DNA of 64,000 nt from an uncultured Planctomycetales bacterium (GTDB lineage: Bacteria; Omnitrophota; Gorgyraeia; Zapsychrales; CAYRXT01). The position numbers and the translations under genes were made by a program. The stretch spans positions 6,140-70,139 of the forward strand of contig CAYRXT010000008.1 of assembly GCA_964428315.1 (NCBI GenBank), written 5' to 3'. Numbering within the stretch: the stretch's first letter is position 1; each line of letters begins with the position of its first letter. Shown piece by piece: positions 1 through 9,799 of the stretch. The notes beneath the pieces were generated by a model. The model searched no databases and was not told the origin of the DNA. It was given only the letters and a program-made list of their open reading frames with translations.

Positions 1-216
1 TGTAGCAAAAACTGAGGGGAAGTCAATCTTAATTCAACGGTCTGTCGTGTTGCCGGAATACGGGCGGAATCCTTATTGCTATAAAAACCCGTGACCGGCG
101 TTTGCTACGCGCGTATAATAAGTCCGTTCTGATCAATGAAGGAAGACTGAACACCATCCCAATAATGATTAAAGTATTTAAGGAAAGAACGAAAAACCTG
201 CCTGAAAGGAGATATC

Positions 217-1239
217 ATGCGCATAGAAGACGTTCTTAAAAAAACGCGGAATCACGAAATCTTCACCCAAGAGGAATTGATCGCTCTACTGGACCTGCCC
301 TGCGATTGCCCGGAAACATTCAGCGTGATGGCCGAGGCCAACCGCCTGTCCAAGGCGTTGAGCGGCAACAGGGCCGAGGTGCACGCCCAGTTTTCCCTGA
401 ATCTCTGGCCGTGCCGGTGCAACTGTGTCTTTTGCTCCTTTGCGACGGTGAACAAGGTGTTTACGGAACCCAGCGAGATCACCGTCGAAGAGGCCGTCGC
501 CAAGGCCCGGCAATTCGAGGCGGATGGCGCCAATGCCGTTTTCGTCATGACGACCGCGAATTACCCTTTCGAACGTTTCCTGGAAACGTCTCAGGAAATC
601 CGCCGGAACCTTTCGCGTCAGACAAAGATGATCGCCAACGTTGGCGACCAAAATCCGGAAAACGCGAAAAAGATCAAAGAGGCGGGATATAGCGGTGTCT
701 ACCACGCCGTGCGTCTGCGGGAAGGGGTGGATACCGGATTGGACCCGCAGGACCGCGTTGCTTCCATCAGGCACATGCAGGAAGCAGGCCTTCTGGTGGG
801 CACCTGCGTTGAGCCTGTCGGTCCCGAACATACGAACGAAGAACTGGCGCAGATGATCCTTTTGACGGCCTCCTTTCATCCCGCTTACAGCGGGGCGGCA
901 AGACGCATAACCATACCCGGCAGCCGGCTCGAACAATACGGAATGATATCCGAACTGCGCATGGCCCAGATTGTGGCCGTCACACGTCTGGCCATGCCGA
1001 GGGAGGTCACGGGGAACTGCACCCATGAACCCTGCACGCTCGGCGCCCTCGCCGGGGCCAATTTGTTCTGGGCCGAGGTCGGGGCCAATCCCCGCGATAT
1101 CCACGCCAAGACCGAAGAGGGCCGCGGCGGAACGGTGGCCCACTGCCGCACATTGTTCCAGGAGACGAACTGGAAAGTCCTTGATGGCCCTTCGGCTTTT
1201 TATCGCGACATCCCGCTTGCCGCCGGTCAGCGGGTATAA
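217..1239 (+). CDS. Radical SAM protein, BioB-like (COG0502-type), function unknown
   Basis: CxxxCxxC motif (CRCNCVFC) and GAN motif near the C-terminus; RBS GGAG upstream; lacks the BioB YNHN motif. Confidence 0.8.
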   Translation: MRIEDVLKKTRNHEIFTQEELIALLDLPCDCPETFSVMAEANRLSKALSGNRAEVHAQFSLNLWPCRCNCVFCSFATVNKVFTEPSEITVEEAVAKARQFEADGANAVFVMTTANYPFERFLETSQEIRRNLSRQTKMIANVGDQNPENAKKIKEAGYSGVYHAVRLREGVDTGLDPQDRVASIRHMQEAGLLVGTCVEPVGPEHTNEELAQMILLTASFHPAYSGAARRITIPGSRLEQYGMISELRMAQIVAVTRLAMPREVTGNCTHEPCTLGALAGANLFWAEVGANPRDIHAKTEEGRGGTVAHCRTLFQETNWKVLDGPSAFYRDIPLAAGQRV

Positions 1240-1396
1240 GACTAAGAATATATCCGTTGGCCCCTTCACGATTCCGGCGGGCTTCCCTGAACCATTGCCG
1301 GTCAGGCAGACACAGCCGAAAAAGCCACCTCTCCCCTTTTTACGATCCAGGGATTTGGCGTCCACAGCCTTTCCGGAGGGCGCGCGGTCCTGTTCT

Positions 1397-1687
1397 CTAA
1401 CAATGATACCCTCTGATGAGCCGTTGCTTTTGTTCCTTGGTCAGACGCTTGATCCGGCGTTCTTCCTTCACGGCGTAAAGGTAATACCGGCACCGCTTGG
1501 CATAGACCAGCCGCAAAGGCCCCCTGCCTTTAAGGTATTTTGAACCCCGTCCGTTTGAGTGGTCCTTAATGCGTTTTTCAAGGTTGCTGGTGTAACCGGT
1601 GTACAGCGCGCCGTTACGGCACAGGATTATGTAAACGAAATAGATGCCATGTCGTTTTATCTTTTTTCTCTTCTTCCCGGAGCTCAT
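1397..1687 (-). CDS. GIY-YIG nuclease family protein (UPF0213/YazA-like)
   Basis: YFVYIILC...LYTGYTSNLEKRIKDH...GSKY...RGP...E..IK pattern; ATG at 1687 preferred over the 1732 start in the track. Confidence 0.85.
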   Translation of the reverse strand: MSSGKKRKKIKRHGIYFVYIILCRNGALYTGYTSNLEKRIKDHSNGRGSKYLKGRGPLRLVYAKRCRYYLYAVKEERRIKRLTKEQKQRLIRGYHC

Positions 1688-1771
1688 GATTGATAAGTCT
1701 TTACAGGCTAAAATACGGCCGTTTTTCTTCACCGCTCACAAGGCCGAACATCCAGTATATGCCGCAAGACC

Positions 1772-3154
1772 TCAAACATTTTTGCCCTTGAGATCCTTGA
1801 GAAAAAGCACGACCAGGGTCACGGCCAGTGGAAAAACATGGATAAGCAGACGGGCGAACGTAAACGGTGAGATGACATGATTGCCCTTTTCGGAAACTAC
1901 AGCCAGCGTTATATGCAGGCCGAAAAAAAGCAGGATAGTCAAAAGGATAACCTGCCGGGATATGTCCCGGCGGATTTGCTGGCGGCTGAAAATAACGGCG
2001 ATCAGCGCGAACAGCCAGACAATGCTCCAGTTGGCCGTAAGGAAAACCTGCCCGAAAACGTCCCTGAAGACGGGAAGCATCCGGTGGAGTGCGTTGTGCC
2101 AGTTTACACCGATGTATTCTGCGGCGGGCAAACCGGCCAGCCATTTATAGAAACTGTAAACGGCATTGGGCAGTACCGCTGGTGCGATAAAAAGACCCAA
2201 GGTCCTCGCCTTTCGCCCGGGAGTCTGGCGCCGGTCCCGCATCATGATGTACGCCGTTACAACGGTGAGAATCAGGATATAGGCACCGCCTTCAAGTTTC
2301 AGAAAGCCTGCGAATCCGGCGAAAAGTGAGGCAAGAACCAGCAGGCCCGGAATTGCGGTTTCCTGCCATCGGCACAACAGGAACACCGATGTGCACAGGT
2401 AGTACATCATGAAAATGTCTCTGTAACTGATCCCCGCATGGTAGATGACCAGGTTGGAGGAGAAGAACAAAATGATGCCCGACAATGCGAGATCCCCATC
2501 CGTCTTGGAACGCAGAAAATCGTAAAATATCAGTGCGAACATGGAAAAGGCCAGCGGAAAAAGGATTTTGATCAGCTGGTCGGTCCATGCCCCCCAACAC
2601 ATGGCCAGCCACGCAATGATCATGGGTAGCTGAAGCGGGTAGGCCTTGTGTGCAAAATAGTGTTGGCTATCGAGGGATCTTTCAAAATAGAGGATTTTGG
2701 CGTTGAAAACGCTTGTCGCCACGGAATCCCACGTGTGGACCGGAAGGTTCAAGGCAACCCAGAAGATACAATAAAGGTAGTATGCGATAAAAATCAGCGC
2801 AGCGGCACGGAGGATATTCCCTCGTTGCCAGGGGCTCCGTCCGGACGCCTTTTCTTTTTGTTTCACGGAAGATGGAAGCGCAAACTTATACGCAAAACGC
2901 TTTTGACGCAAAGCGATAACGTGCTGACAGAGACTTACTGCCACAACACAAAGCGTGATCACAAGCGGTTCGTAACTGATTCCCGTCATCCCTATAAAGA
3001 GCATGATAAAGGCCAGCGTCCCAATTCCGAGACCGTAAGAGATCGCGATTGCATTGACCGGGTTCATCATCATTCCCTTTGTCACGGCAAAGAGAATCCG
3101 GCCGCCCATCAGCCAGGGTATAAGCACTCCAAGGAAAAACAGAAGGATGTTCAT
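1772..3154 (-). CDS. Multi-pass membrane protein, putative GT-C (PMT/ArnT, GT39-like) glycosyltransferase
   Basis: About 12 hydrophobic segments; WDSV...NAK, YP and K.EG motifs typical of this GT-C group. Confidence 0.6.
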   Translation of the reverse strand: MNILLFFLGVLIPWLMGGRILFAVTKGMMMNPVNAIAISYGLGIGTLAFIMLFIGMTGISYEPLVITLCVVAVSLCQHVIALRQKRFAYKFALPSSVKQKEKASGRSPWQRGNILRAAALIFIAYYLYCIFWVALNLPVHTWDSVATSVFNAKILYFERSLDSQHYFAHKAYPLQLPMIIAWLAMCWGAWTDQLIKILFPLAFSMFALIFYDFLRSKTDGDLALSGIILFFSSNLVIYHAGISYRDIFMMYYLCTSVFLLCRWQETAIPGLLVLASLFAGFAGFLKLEGGAYILILTVVTAYIMMRDRRQTPGRKARTLGLFIAPAVLPNAVYSFYKWLAGLPAAEYIGVNWHNALHRMLPVFRDVFGQVFLTANWSIVWLFALIAVIFSRQQIRRDISRQVILLTILLFFGLHITLAVVSEKGNHVISPFTFARLLIHVFPLAVTLVVLFLKDLKGKNV

Positions 3155-3867
3155 AAAAGGTCCTCCCTGACGGCGAAGAGAAATCTTTCTCCAATCTTAA
3201 GCCGCGGCACGTAATCGTCCGGGAGGAGATCCTCCGCGTTCCTTTTATCGAAGTAAATAAGATAATCCTCCTGTCTCTCTGGATTGAAACGTATCCTGAT
3301 CGGCAAAAGATAATAGGCCAGGCGTCTCTGGAGGGTCATGCCTTGGGATGTGGATAGATTCATGTCCGTAATGAGCCTTCCGTTGTAATAGCCGTCCCGC
3401 ATGTGCATTTTGCAAAGTCTGGCAAATTCGAAGGGAATCCCCATAATAAGCCGTTTTTTTTCTGTTTCCTCCATGCCGGAATAATGGACAACATTTTTGG
3501 AGAACCACCGGACATGCCCTGCCGTCTGGCACGAAACGATCACCAGTGAAACAGTCAGCAGGACCGCGGCCGCATCCCTCATGTAAAGTTTTATTCGGAA
3601 CGGTCTGCATTTTTGTCCTGCCGACAAAAAGACAACGGAATGCATTCCCGTCAGCATCACGAATGCGCAAAAGATAAAGAAAATAATTGCTGAATAGATC
3701 AGATCACTTTGCCCGTAAAACCCGTTCGCATTAGGCGGGGGGAAAAGCGCCCGCGTCGTCCATGCAAGCACTCCGGGGAGGGATAGACCGAAATAATGCC
3801 CGGCTGCCCGAAAGACAAAAGCCAGCGCAACAGCCGTAACAATGAAGACAACGGTGAATCTTTTCAT
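3151..3867 (-). CDS. Hypothetical membrane protein
   Basis: Three hydrophobic helices; ATGA overlap with the downstream gene; start uncertain (3867 ATG or 3981 TTG). Confidence 0.6.
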   Translation of the reverse strand: MKRFTVVFIVTAVALAFVFRAAGHYFGLSLPGVLAWTTRALFPPPNANGFYGQSDLIYSAIIFFIFCAFVMLTGMHSVVFLSAGQKCRPFRIKLYMRDAAAVLLTVSLVIVSCQTAGHVRWFSKNVVHYSGMEETEKKRLIMGIPFEFARLCKMHMRDGYYNGRLITDMNLSTSQGMTLQRRLAYYLLPIRIRFNPERQEDYLIYFDKRNAEDLLPDDYVPRLKIGERFLFAVREDLL

Positions 3868-3991
3868 CGTCAAGTTTTGCGGATACACGCGGTCGTGTCC
3901 TTGGAAGTCAAGGCAGTTAATGAAACGGCGAAAAGACCTCAGAATCTCCTTAACTATTGCACAGATATCCGGTGAAGGCAAGCCGCTATTG

Positions 3992-5062
3992 TTATTTCTG
4001 TAAGGGAGTCGAAGAAGATTTTTGCTGGATGGTATTGATCGCCGCGGAGGTCATCTCGGTCAAAAGAAGGATGGAATCGAGTCCGGCTCGGCCGGAGGGC
4101 CCCGCGTCTTTTCTGGACGAGAGGTTCAGGACGCCGTAAAGTTTGTCCGCCGATTTCAGGGGGGTAACGAGGGAAAATTTGATATCGGGCCGTTTGAGGT
4201 GTTCTTGAATGCGGTTGTGCGCGCTTTGCGTCCCTTCGATAAACAGGGGCGTTCTCTCTTCGGCCACGACCCCGGCCACGCCTTCGCCGACGCGCGTCCG
4301 CGCACGGTTGATGATGTCTTTCTTGAGGCCGCGGGACACCTTGATTGTCAGTTCACCGGTTTCTTCATCCAGGACCATGATGGATCCGCATTCGGTCCGG
4401 GTCATCTTCATGGCCATATCCAGAAATGTGGCCAGGAGCTCGTCTAGGAAGATCGAAGAAAGGATGTCCTGCGCGTCCCTGCTTATCTCTTCGCCCAGTC
4501 CTTCGCTGTTTAAAGCGAGTTTTGAGAGATCATATTTCTGTGATTTCAACTGTACCGTGTAGCGGGAGACCTCGTCCAGCAGATCGAGGATGGACTTGAT
4601 GCCCACGAAGGAGATGGTCCTGATCTCGCCCAAGGCGTCCAGAAGATCGGACGGTTCCATCCCGAACTCCAGGGCGATTTTTTCGTAATGTTCCGCACCC
4701 AGTCGGCGGTTCAGTATCACGGGACCGATAATAAGATAGGCTACGGCTGTCCTCCTGGGGCCGTAAATGGGGACGGCAAAAAGGTGCAGATCGAAGGGGT
4801 ATTGATATTCGAGATAAAAGCCGTGCTGTTTAAACTTATCCATCATCCTGGAGTCGTCCTTGAGCAGGTCCATGCCCGCGGGCGACATCTCGAGAAATTT
4901 CCAGCCATAACGGCCCATGCAGGGCGTCAGGAAGGCCTTGCCCTGATGGTCGACCATGAAGATATTCACACGAAGGACGTCGATGAAGCGCTGGAGGATT
5001 TCGACCCAGCGGTCTTTATCGATCAATTCCTGAGTGAGTTGTCTGATGTCCTTGTCGTTCAT
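3992..5062 (-). CDS. PocR ligand-binding domain + GAF domain protein with no output domain
   Basis: N-terminal PocR-like segment (W..I...F, FAVPI, IIGPV); C-terminal GAF (GSIMVLD, GEGVAGVVA, PL...GVLNLS). Confidence 0.7.
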   Translation of the reverse strand: MNDKDIRQLTQELIDKDRWVEILQRFIDVLRVNIFMVDHQGKAFLTPCMGRYGWKFLEMSPAGMDLLKDDSRMMDKFKQHGFYLEYQYPFDLHLFAVPIYGPRRTAVAYLIIGPVILNRRLGAEHYEKIALEFGMEPSDLLDALGEIRTISFVGIKSILDLLDEVSRYTVQLKSQKYDLSKLALNSEGLGEEISRDAQDILSSIFLDELLATFLDMAMKMTRTECGSIMVLDEETGELTIKVSRGLKKDIINRARTRVGEGVAGVVAEERTPLFIEGTQSAHNRIQEHLKRPDIKFSLVTPLKSADKLYGVLNLSSRKDAGPSGRAGLDSILLLTEMTSAAINTIQQKSSSTPLQK

Positions 5063-5063
5063 G

Positions 5064-6440
5064 TCATTTCGCAGGCCGTTTGAAGGGGATATCCAGTTTT
5101 TTCATTTTATTGTACAGGGTTGTACGGTTGACGCCGAGCGCGGCGGCGGCTTTGTTGCGGTTCCAGTTGCTTTCCCTGAGGACCGAAAGGATCAACTCGC
5201 GTTCGGGTTCCTCCAGAATTTTCTTTAACGGTTTTCCGTCGCTGGGTTTGATGGCGTCCGCCGAAAATTTTTCGGCGTTGGGGATGTCCCGCAGGTTGAG
5301 GACGTCCGTCTTGGCCATGATCACGGCGCCTTCTATCGCGTTTTCCAGCTCACGGATGTTTCCCGGCCAGTTGTATTCGAGGAAAGTCTTCCTGACCTCT
5401 TCCGAAATCCCCGTGATCTTCTTGTCGGATTTTTCGTTGTATTTACGCATGAACTCATCGACCAGCAATTCGATGTCTTCCTTGCGCTCCCTGAGCGGAG
5501 GGACCTGGATGGCGATGACGTTGATCCGGTAGTAGAGATCTTCACGGAACTCGCCTTTTTCGACCTGTTCCCGGAGATCGCGGTTAGTTGCGACGATGAT
5601 CCGCGCGTCGGTCTTCCGCGGCATGTTATCGCCCACGCGTTCGAATATCCCGTCCTGAAGAACCCGGAGCAGTTTGACCTGAAGATTGGGAGAAAACGCG
5701 TCGATTTCATCGAGGAAGATCGTGCCGTCCTTGGCATATTCGAAGCGCCCCTCCTTGTCCTTGATGGCGCCGGTGAAGGAGCCTTTCATGTGTCCGAACA
5801 GCTCGCTTTCAAGCAGTGTCTCGGAAAGTGCTCCGCAGCTGACCTCCACAAAGGGTTTGTCGAGGCGTTGTTTGTCGTTCCGCTGAATGGCCCTCGCCAC
5901 GAGGCTCTTCCCTGTTCCGCTGTCACCGGTGATCAGGATGGTCGCGTGGGTGCTGGCAACAGAGTCGATGATATGATAGATCTTCTGCATCTTTTCGCTC
6001 GCGCCGGTCATGCCGTCGTATGTTGACCGTGACGTCCTGGCCAGTTTGCGTTTGAGGCTGATGTTTTCGTCCACGATGGACTTCTTGTCAATGATCCGCT
6101 TGATGAGCAATTTGATCTCGTTGTCGATAATCGGTTTGGTGATATAGTCATAGGCGCCTTTTTTCATGGCCTCGACCGCTGTTTCGATGCTTCCGTAACC
6201 GGTGATGATGATGACCTCGGTTTCCGGGTGGTCTTTCTTGACCGCTTCCAGCAGATCGAGGCCGCTCATGGACGGAAGTTTCATGTCGGTGATGACGGCG
6301 TCCACCGGTGTATGGCTGAGGAGTTCAAGTGCGTCCTCGGCGTTTTCCGTCATATGGGCGTTGTATCCCTCAATGCGCAGGATCTCATAAAGGGATTTGC
6401 GTATAAGCGGTTCGTCGTCGACAATCAAAATATTAAACAT
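5064..6440 (-). CDS. Sigma54-dependent response regulator (NtrC family; REC-AAA+-HTH; PrsR-like role)
   Basis: LIVDDE/TDMKLP receiver; GDSGTGKS Walker A; ESELFGH..GSFTGA; FLDEID; WPGNIRELEN; C-terminal Fis-type HTH. Confidence 0.95.
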   Translation of the reverse strand: MFNILIVDDEPLIRKSLYEILRIEGYNAHMTENAEDALELLSHTPVDAVITDMKLPSMSGLDLLEAVKKDHPETEVIIITGYGSIETAVEAMKKGAYDYITKPIIDNEIKLLIKRIIDKKSIVDENISLKRKLARTSRSTYDGMTGASEKMQKIYHIIDSVASTHATILITGDSGTGKSLVARAIQRNDKQRLDKPFVEVSCGALSETLLESELFGHMKGSFTGAIKDKEGRFEYAKDGTIFLDEIDAFSPNLQVKLLRVLQDGIFERVGDNMPRKTDARIIVATNRDLREQVEKGEFREDLYYRINVIAIQVPPLRERKEDIELLVDEFMRKYNEKSDKKITGISEEVRKTFLEYNWPGNIRELENAIEGAVIMAKTDVLNLRDIPNAEKFSADAIKPSDGKPLKKILEEPERELILSVLRESNWNRNKAAAALGVNRTTLYNKMKKLDIPFKRPAK

Positions 6441-7746
6441 CTCCCGCCTCCGTCTCTTCTGGCCCCACCGGGATAGACACCGTGAATATGGCGCCTTTGC
6501 CGGGCGCGCTTTCCACGTCGATCTCCCCGCCGTAGGATTTTACGATCTCTTGGACGATCGTCAGCCCGAGCCCGCATCCCTTGTCGATATCCTTTGTCGT
6601 AAAAAAGGGGTCAAAGATCCTTTCGATCAGGTCGCTTTGAATGCCGGATCCGTTGTCCGCGACCGAGAAAAGGATTTTTCCGTCTTTAAAAGCCGTCATA
6701 ATCGCTATCTCCCCGCCGTCCCGGACCGAGTCGATGGCATTGCGCAGAAGGTTCAAAACGACGCGATCGACTCCGAAGTCCATCAAAAGAGGGACGTTAT
6801 CCGCCAGCGATTTGGTCAGCCGGATGTTCTTCTGGTACAATGCGGTCCCAAGCCCGCCGGTCGCTTCATTGACGGCGTCATTAAAATGTATCTTCTTCAT
6901 CGTCGGGGGCTCATTGCGAGAGCATGCCAGCAGACTCCGCACAATGTTGACCATGCGGTTGAGACCCGCCTTGGCCTCAATGAGATAATCCTTTACGGGA
7001 TCGTCCTCTTCGAGCTGGGTCAACGAGAGGTTGATGAAGCGCAGTACGCCGTCAAGGGGATTATTCAGTTCGTGGGCGATGCCGCCGGCCAGTTTGCCCA
7101 GCGAAGCCAGCTTCTCCTGGGTTATGACCTGGTGGCGCAGTTTGCTTGTCATTTCACTGGATTTCCCCAGTTCGTCCTTGAGCGACTGGGATTCTTTGAC
7201 GAGACGTTTGAATTTGTTGTAAAGCCGTGTGCGCCGGTAATTCAGGGCGATTTGGCTTGAGAGAAAGTCGAGGATCTGCAGTTCATTGCTGGTGAAGCGG
7301 GAGCCTGTCGTTTTGTCGGCGATGTTGATCACACCGATCAGCTTATCCTTGAAGAGTAGAGGCGCGCAGAGGAAAGACGGCGTCGAATAACCTTTACGGG
7401 GCTGGTGCTCGGGGAATCGTGTGTCGCGCGTGATATCATCCACGAAGAGAGGCTTCTTGATCTCGGCCACTTTGCCGACAACGCCTTCACCCAGCTTTTT
7501 GACCAGCTTTTCCTGTTCGCCGACTCCCATCCCGCGGCCGATTTTGAGGATCAGCTCTTGGCCGTTTTCGCTCAAAAGAAAGATAGACCCCCGTCTGGCC
7601 TGGAAGAGGTCCAGGGTCTTGTCCAGCGAGACCTCCAGGAGTTCCTGTGCCGTGAGGGTAACATTAACGGCGGCGCAGATGTCACCGATCTTTTGAAAGA
7701 CGTCCGACTGGATGAAATTTTCGGTTATGTTATCGGCCGGATTCAT
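6433..7746 (-). CDS. Cytoplasmic GAF-domain sensor histidine kinase (PrsK-like role)
   Basis: GAF domain; H-box AHELNNPL; N box NLLRNA; DNGSG, FFTTK and GLGL boxes; start 7746 or 7767. Confidence 0.93.
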   Translation of the reverse strand: MNPADNITENFIQSDVFQKIGDICAAVNVTLTAQELLEVSLDKTLDLFQARRGSIFLLSENGQELILKIGRGMGVGEQEKLVKKLGEGVVGKVAEIKKPLFVDDITRDTRFPEHQPRKGYSTPSFLCAPLLFKDKLIGVINIADKTTGSRFTSNELQILDFLSSQIALNYRRTRLYNKFKRLVKESQSLKDELGKSSEMTSKLRHQVITQEKLASLGKLAGGIAHELNNPLDGVLRFINLSLTQLEEDDPVKDYLIEAKAGLNRMVNIVRSLLACSRNEPPTMKKIHFNDAVNEATGGLGTALYQKNIRLTKSLADNVPLLMDFGVDRVVLNLLRNAIDSVRDGGEIAIMTAFKDGKILFSVADNGSGIQSDLIERIFDPFFTTKDIDKGCGLGLTIVQEIVKSYGGEIDVESAPGKGAIFTVSIPVGPEETEAGDV

Positions 7747-7791
7747 GGTTAGGGTATCGCAAATCACGGTTTTAAAAATTAAGATAACGCC

Positions 7792-8691
7792 TCACGGATT
7801 AACCTCCGCTGAGGAGGCCCTCTCTTTTTTCAATTTCAACTCCCGCAATCCAGTATCCATCTGCTCAATGACCTTCTTGAGAGTATGATCCGGATGTTCC
7901 TCAAGAAATTCACGGTAAACGCTCTGTGCCCGTTGGGGATCACGGAGCTTCACAATGCTTATGGTGTTCAGCATCTGCATTGTGGACAGAAGCGACCGGC
8001 TTTGGGGGTAGGCGAACATGGTTTTTCTCAGTATCCTTACGGCATCATCCCATTTTTCCTGAAGGATCTTGCTGTTGGCCAGCAGATTCAGGGCATTCAG
8101 GCCGACCGCGGAATCCGGATGTCCTTCGGCCAGGCGCGCATAATGCGTATCCGCCCGCCGGAAGGAGGCGTCCGCTTTCTCCAGGTCTCCCCTGTCCAGA
8201 TATTTCCTTGCCAGATAAAGCGGTACCTTCAACCCGACCGGGGTTAACGGATAATCAGCAACGATTTTGTGAAGAACGGTCTCGGCCTCCGGCCAATTAT
8301 CTTCTTTCTCATAGGTGATCGCGATAGCCATGGCGGCTTCAGCCTTGAGAACGTCATTGCCCGGAAAATCCACGAACACATTTTGCAGGGAGCGCCTCGC
8401 TTTTTCGTAATTCTCTTGGGCCGTATAGAGATTGCCCAGTTGAAGTTCCGCCTGGGCCTTGATGGACGGATAGTCGTCGTAACGGTTAATGATCTTTTCG
8501 TATTGGCCGGCAATTTCTTCATAAACCGCCTTGGGGGTGGATTCCGGGTTCTTGACCGTTTCAGACAACCGCTTGTTTGTTTTCCAGAGTATCTTCTCAG
8601 CCTCGTATTGGCTTTGCCGCCCAAGCACGGACAAAAGAATATACAGCCCGATCAGGATAATTGCGCAAAAGGCTGTCAGTTTCTTCATCAT
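7792..8691 (-). CDS. Tetratricopeptide-repeat periplasmic protein with N-terminal anchor
   Basis: N-terminal hydrophobic helix; repeated TPR-like helical pairs ending in YP/FP motifs. Confidence 0.75.
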   Translation of the reverse strand: MMKKLTAFCAIILIGLYILLSVLGRQSQYEAEKILWKTNKRLSETVKNPESTPKAVYEEIAGQYEKIINRYDDYPSIKAQAELQLGNLYTAQENYEKARRSLQNVFVDFPGNDVLKAEAAMAIAITYEKEDNWPEAETVLHKIVADYPLTPVGLKVPLYLARKYLDRGDLEKADASFRRADTHYARLAEGHPDSAVGLNALNLLANSKILQEKWDDAVRILRKTMFAYPQSRSLLSTMQMLNTISIVKLRDPQRAQSVYREFLEEHPDHTLKKVIEQMDTGLRELKLKKERASSAEVNP

Positions 8692-8707
8692 GGCCTAAGC
8701 TGTCTCC

Positions 8708-9607
8708 TCAGGAAGCGGTTCGGGAAAAAGTCTCTTGCTGTTCTTCCTTTTTCATAAGGTAAAATGTCGTAAGGGCGACCAGCACTGCCGCATCAATAAA
8801 GAGCGTGACGATGATGCTCGCGACAATGATAAGCGCCTGCCCCTCCGGAAATACGGAATTCATCTGGGGCGAAAGCGAATTGCGCATGATCAGAACAGGG
8901 ACATAAAGGATCATGGGGAAAAACACGATGCAGGTGACTGTTGTCAGTGACTTCCAAAGATATCCAAAATTCACTGCAAGCGCGGTATGGATCTTTTTCC
9001 GGTCGATAACAATCGCCGGTATGACAAAGGCAAAAACCGTTGTCACTATAATCGCGATAAGAAGCTGAAAATACGGGGCGCCGTGGATGATGACTGTCTT
9101 CAAGACGAAAAGGACGCCGGAGCTAGACCGGATCTGTTCCGCCCGCAAATAGATCTGAGCGAACAAATCCGAAAGCGTTTTAACCGCCAGGAGTGATAAA
9201 AAGGCGGCGATAATAATATGAACGTATTGCGACAGCGTGTCGCGAATAGCTGTTTTGATGACGATATGTTTCCCGTCATTGATGGCCTTGATTATCCGGA
9301 CGGCGACGGCCGTAAAAAAGGCCCCGAAAAAGACAAAGATAACCAGCTGGCTGTAAAAAAACAGTTTCGGCAACAGTATAAAATTATAGGGGTAATGCAG
9401 GAACGTCTCATGCCAGATCCGCCGGACAACTGGTCCGAAAAAAATCACCAGCGGATAGCGCGGCAAAAAATAGAGCATCTCGAGAGCCAGCAGTTGCAGG
9501 AGCGCAATCAATATAAACGGATAAAAGATGACAGGATGTCCTGCCAGGATGCCCAGTGATACCTTCAACACCGCAACCGGGTGCCGGTAAATGGCGTTTT
9601 TTTGCAT
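8708..9607 (-). CDS. Hypothetical integral membrane protein
   Basis: About 6 transmembrane segments; first gene of the regulatory block. Confidence 0.7.
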   Translation of the reverse strand: MQKNAIYRHPVAVLKVSLGILAGHPVIFYPFILIALLQLLALEMLYFLPRYPLVIFFGPVVRRIWHETFLHYPYNFILLPKLFFYSQLVIFVFFGAFFTAVAVRIIKAINDGKHIVIKTAIRDTLSQYVHIIIAAFLSLLAVKTLSDLFAQIYLRAEQIRSSSGVLFVLKTVIIHGAPYFQLLIAIIVTTVFAFVIPAIVIDRKKIHTALAVNFGYLWKSLTTVTCIVFFPMILYVPVLIMRNSLSPQMNSVFPEGQALIIVASIIVTLFIDAAVLVALTTFYLMKKEEQQETFSRTAS

Positions 9608-9645
9608 TTGTTTATATTTAACGATTAAGGATAAAAGGAAAATTT

Positions 9646-9674
9646 ATGCTAACAAATTCGTAACTGCATGTCAA
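9646..9674 (-). promoter_or_regulatory. Sigma70-type promoter for the membrane protein/TPR/HK/RR/PocR block
   Basis: Minus strand reads TTGACA-N17-TAGCAT; the -35 box is one arm of the palindrome TGTCAAAT-N16-ATTTGACA (9669-9700). Confidence 0.6.
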
Positions 9675-9699
9675 ATTTAAACTTTTATAAAGATTTGAC

Positions 9700-9737
9700 A
9701 AAAAAATAAGACAAGTTTGAGAACCTGTCTTATTTTT
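9700..9737 (-). terminator. Intrinsic terminator downstream of the small PEP-CTERM gene
   Basis: Inverted repeat AAAAATAAGACA...TGTCTTATTTTT followed by a U tract. Confidence 0.7.
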
Positions 9738-9799
9738 CGTTGAGAAAATGAATCTCTCCATCCGTGGCAGCAAACCTTTGTTTGTCAGCAAATCCCCGG

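Noticed and set aside
286-1365. Long antisense or alternate-frame ORFs (also 17181-18344, 27832-28755, 44661-45863, 44971-46023 and others)
   Set aside because: They shadow well-supported genes in GC-rich DNA and show no recognisable motifs
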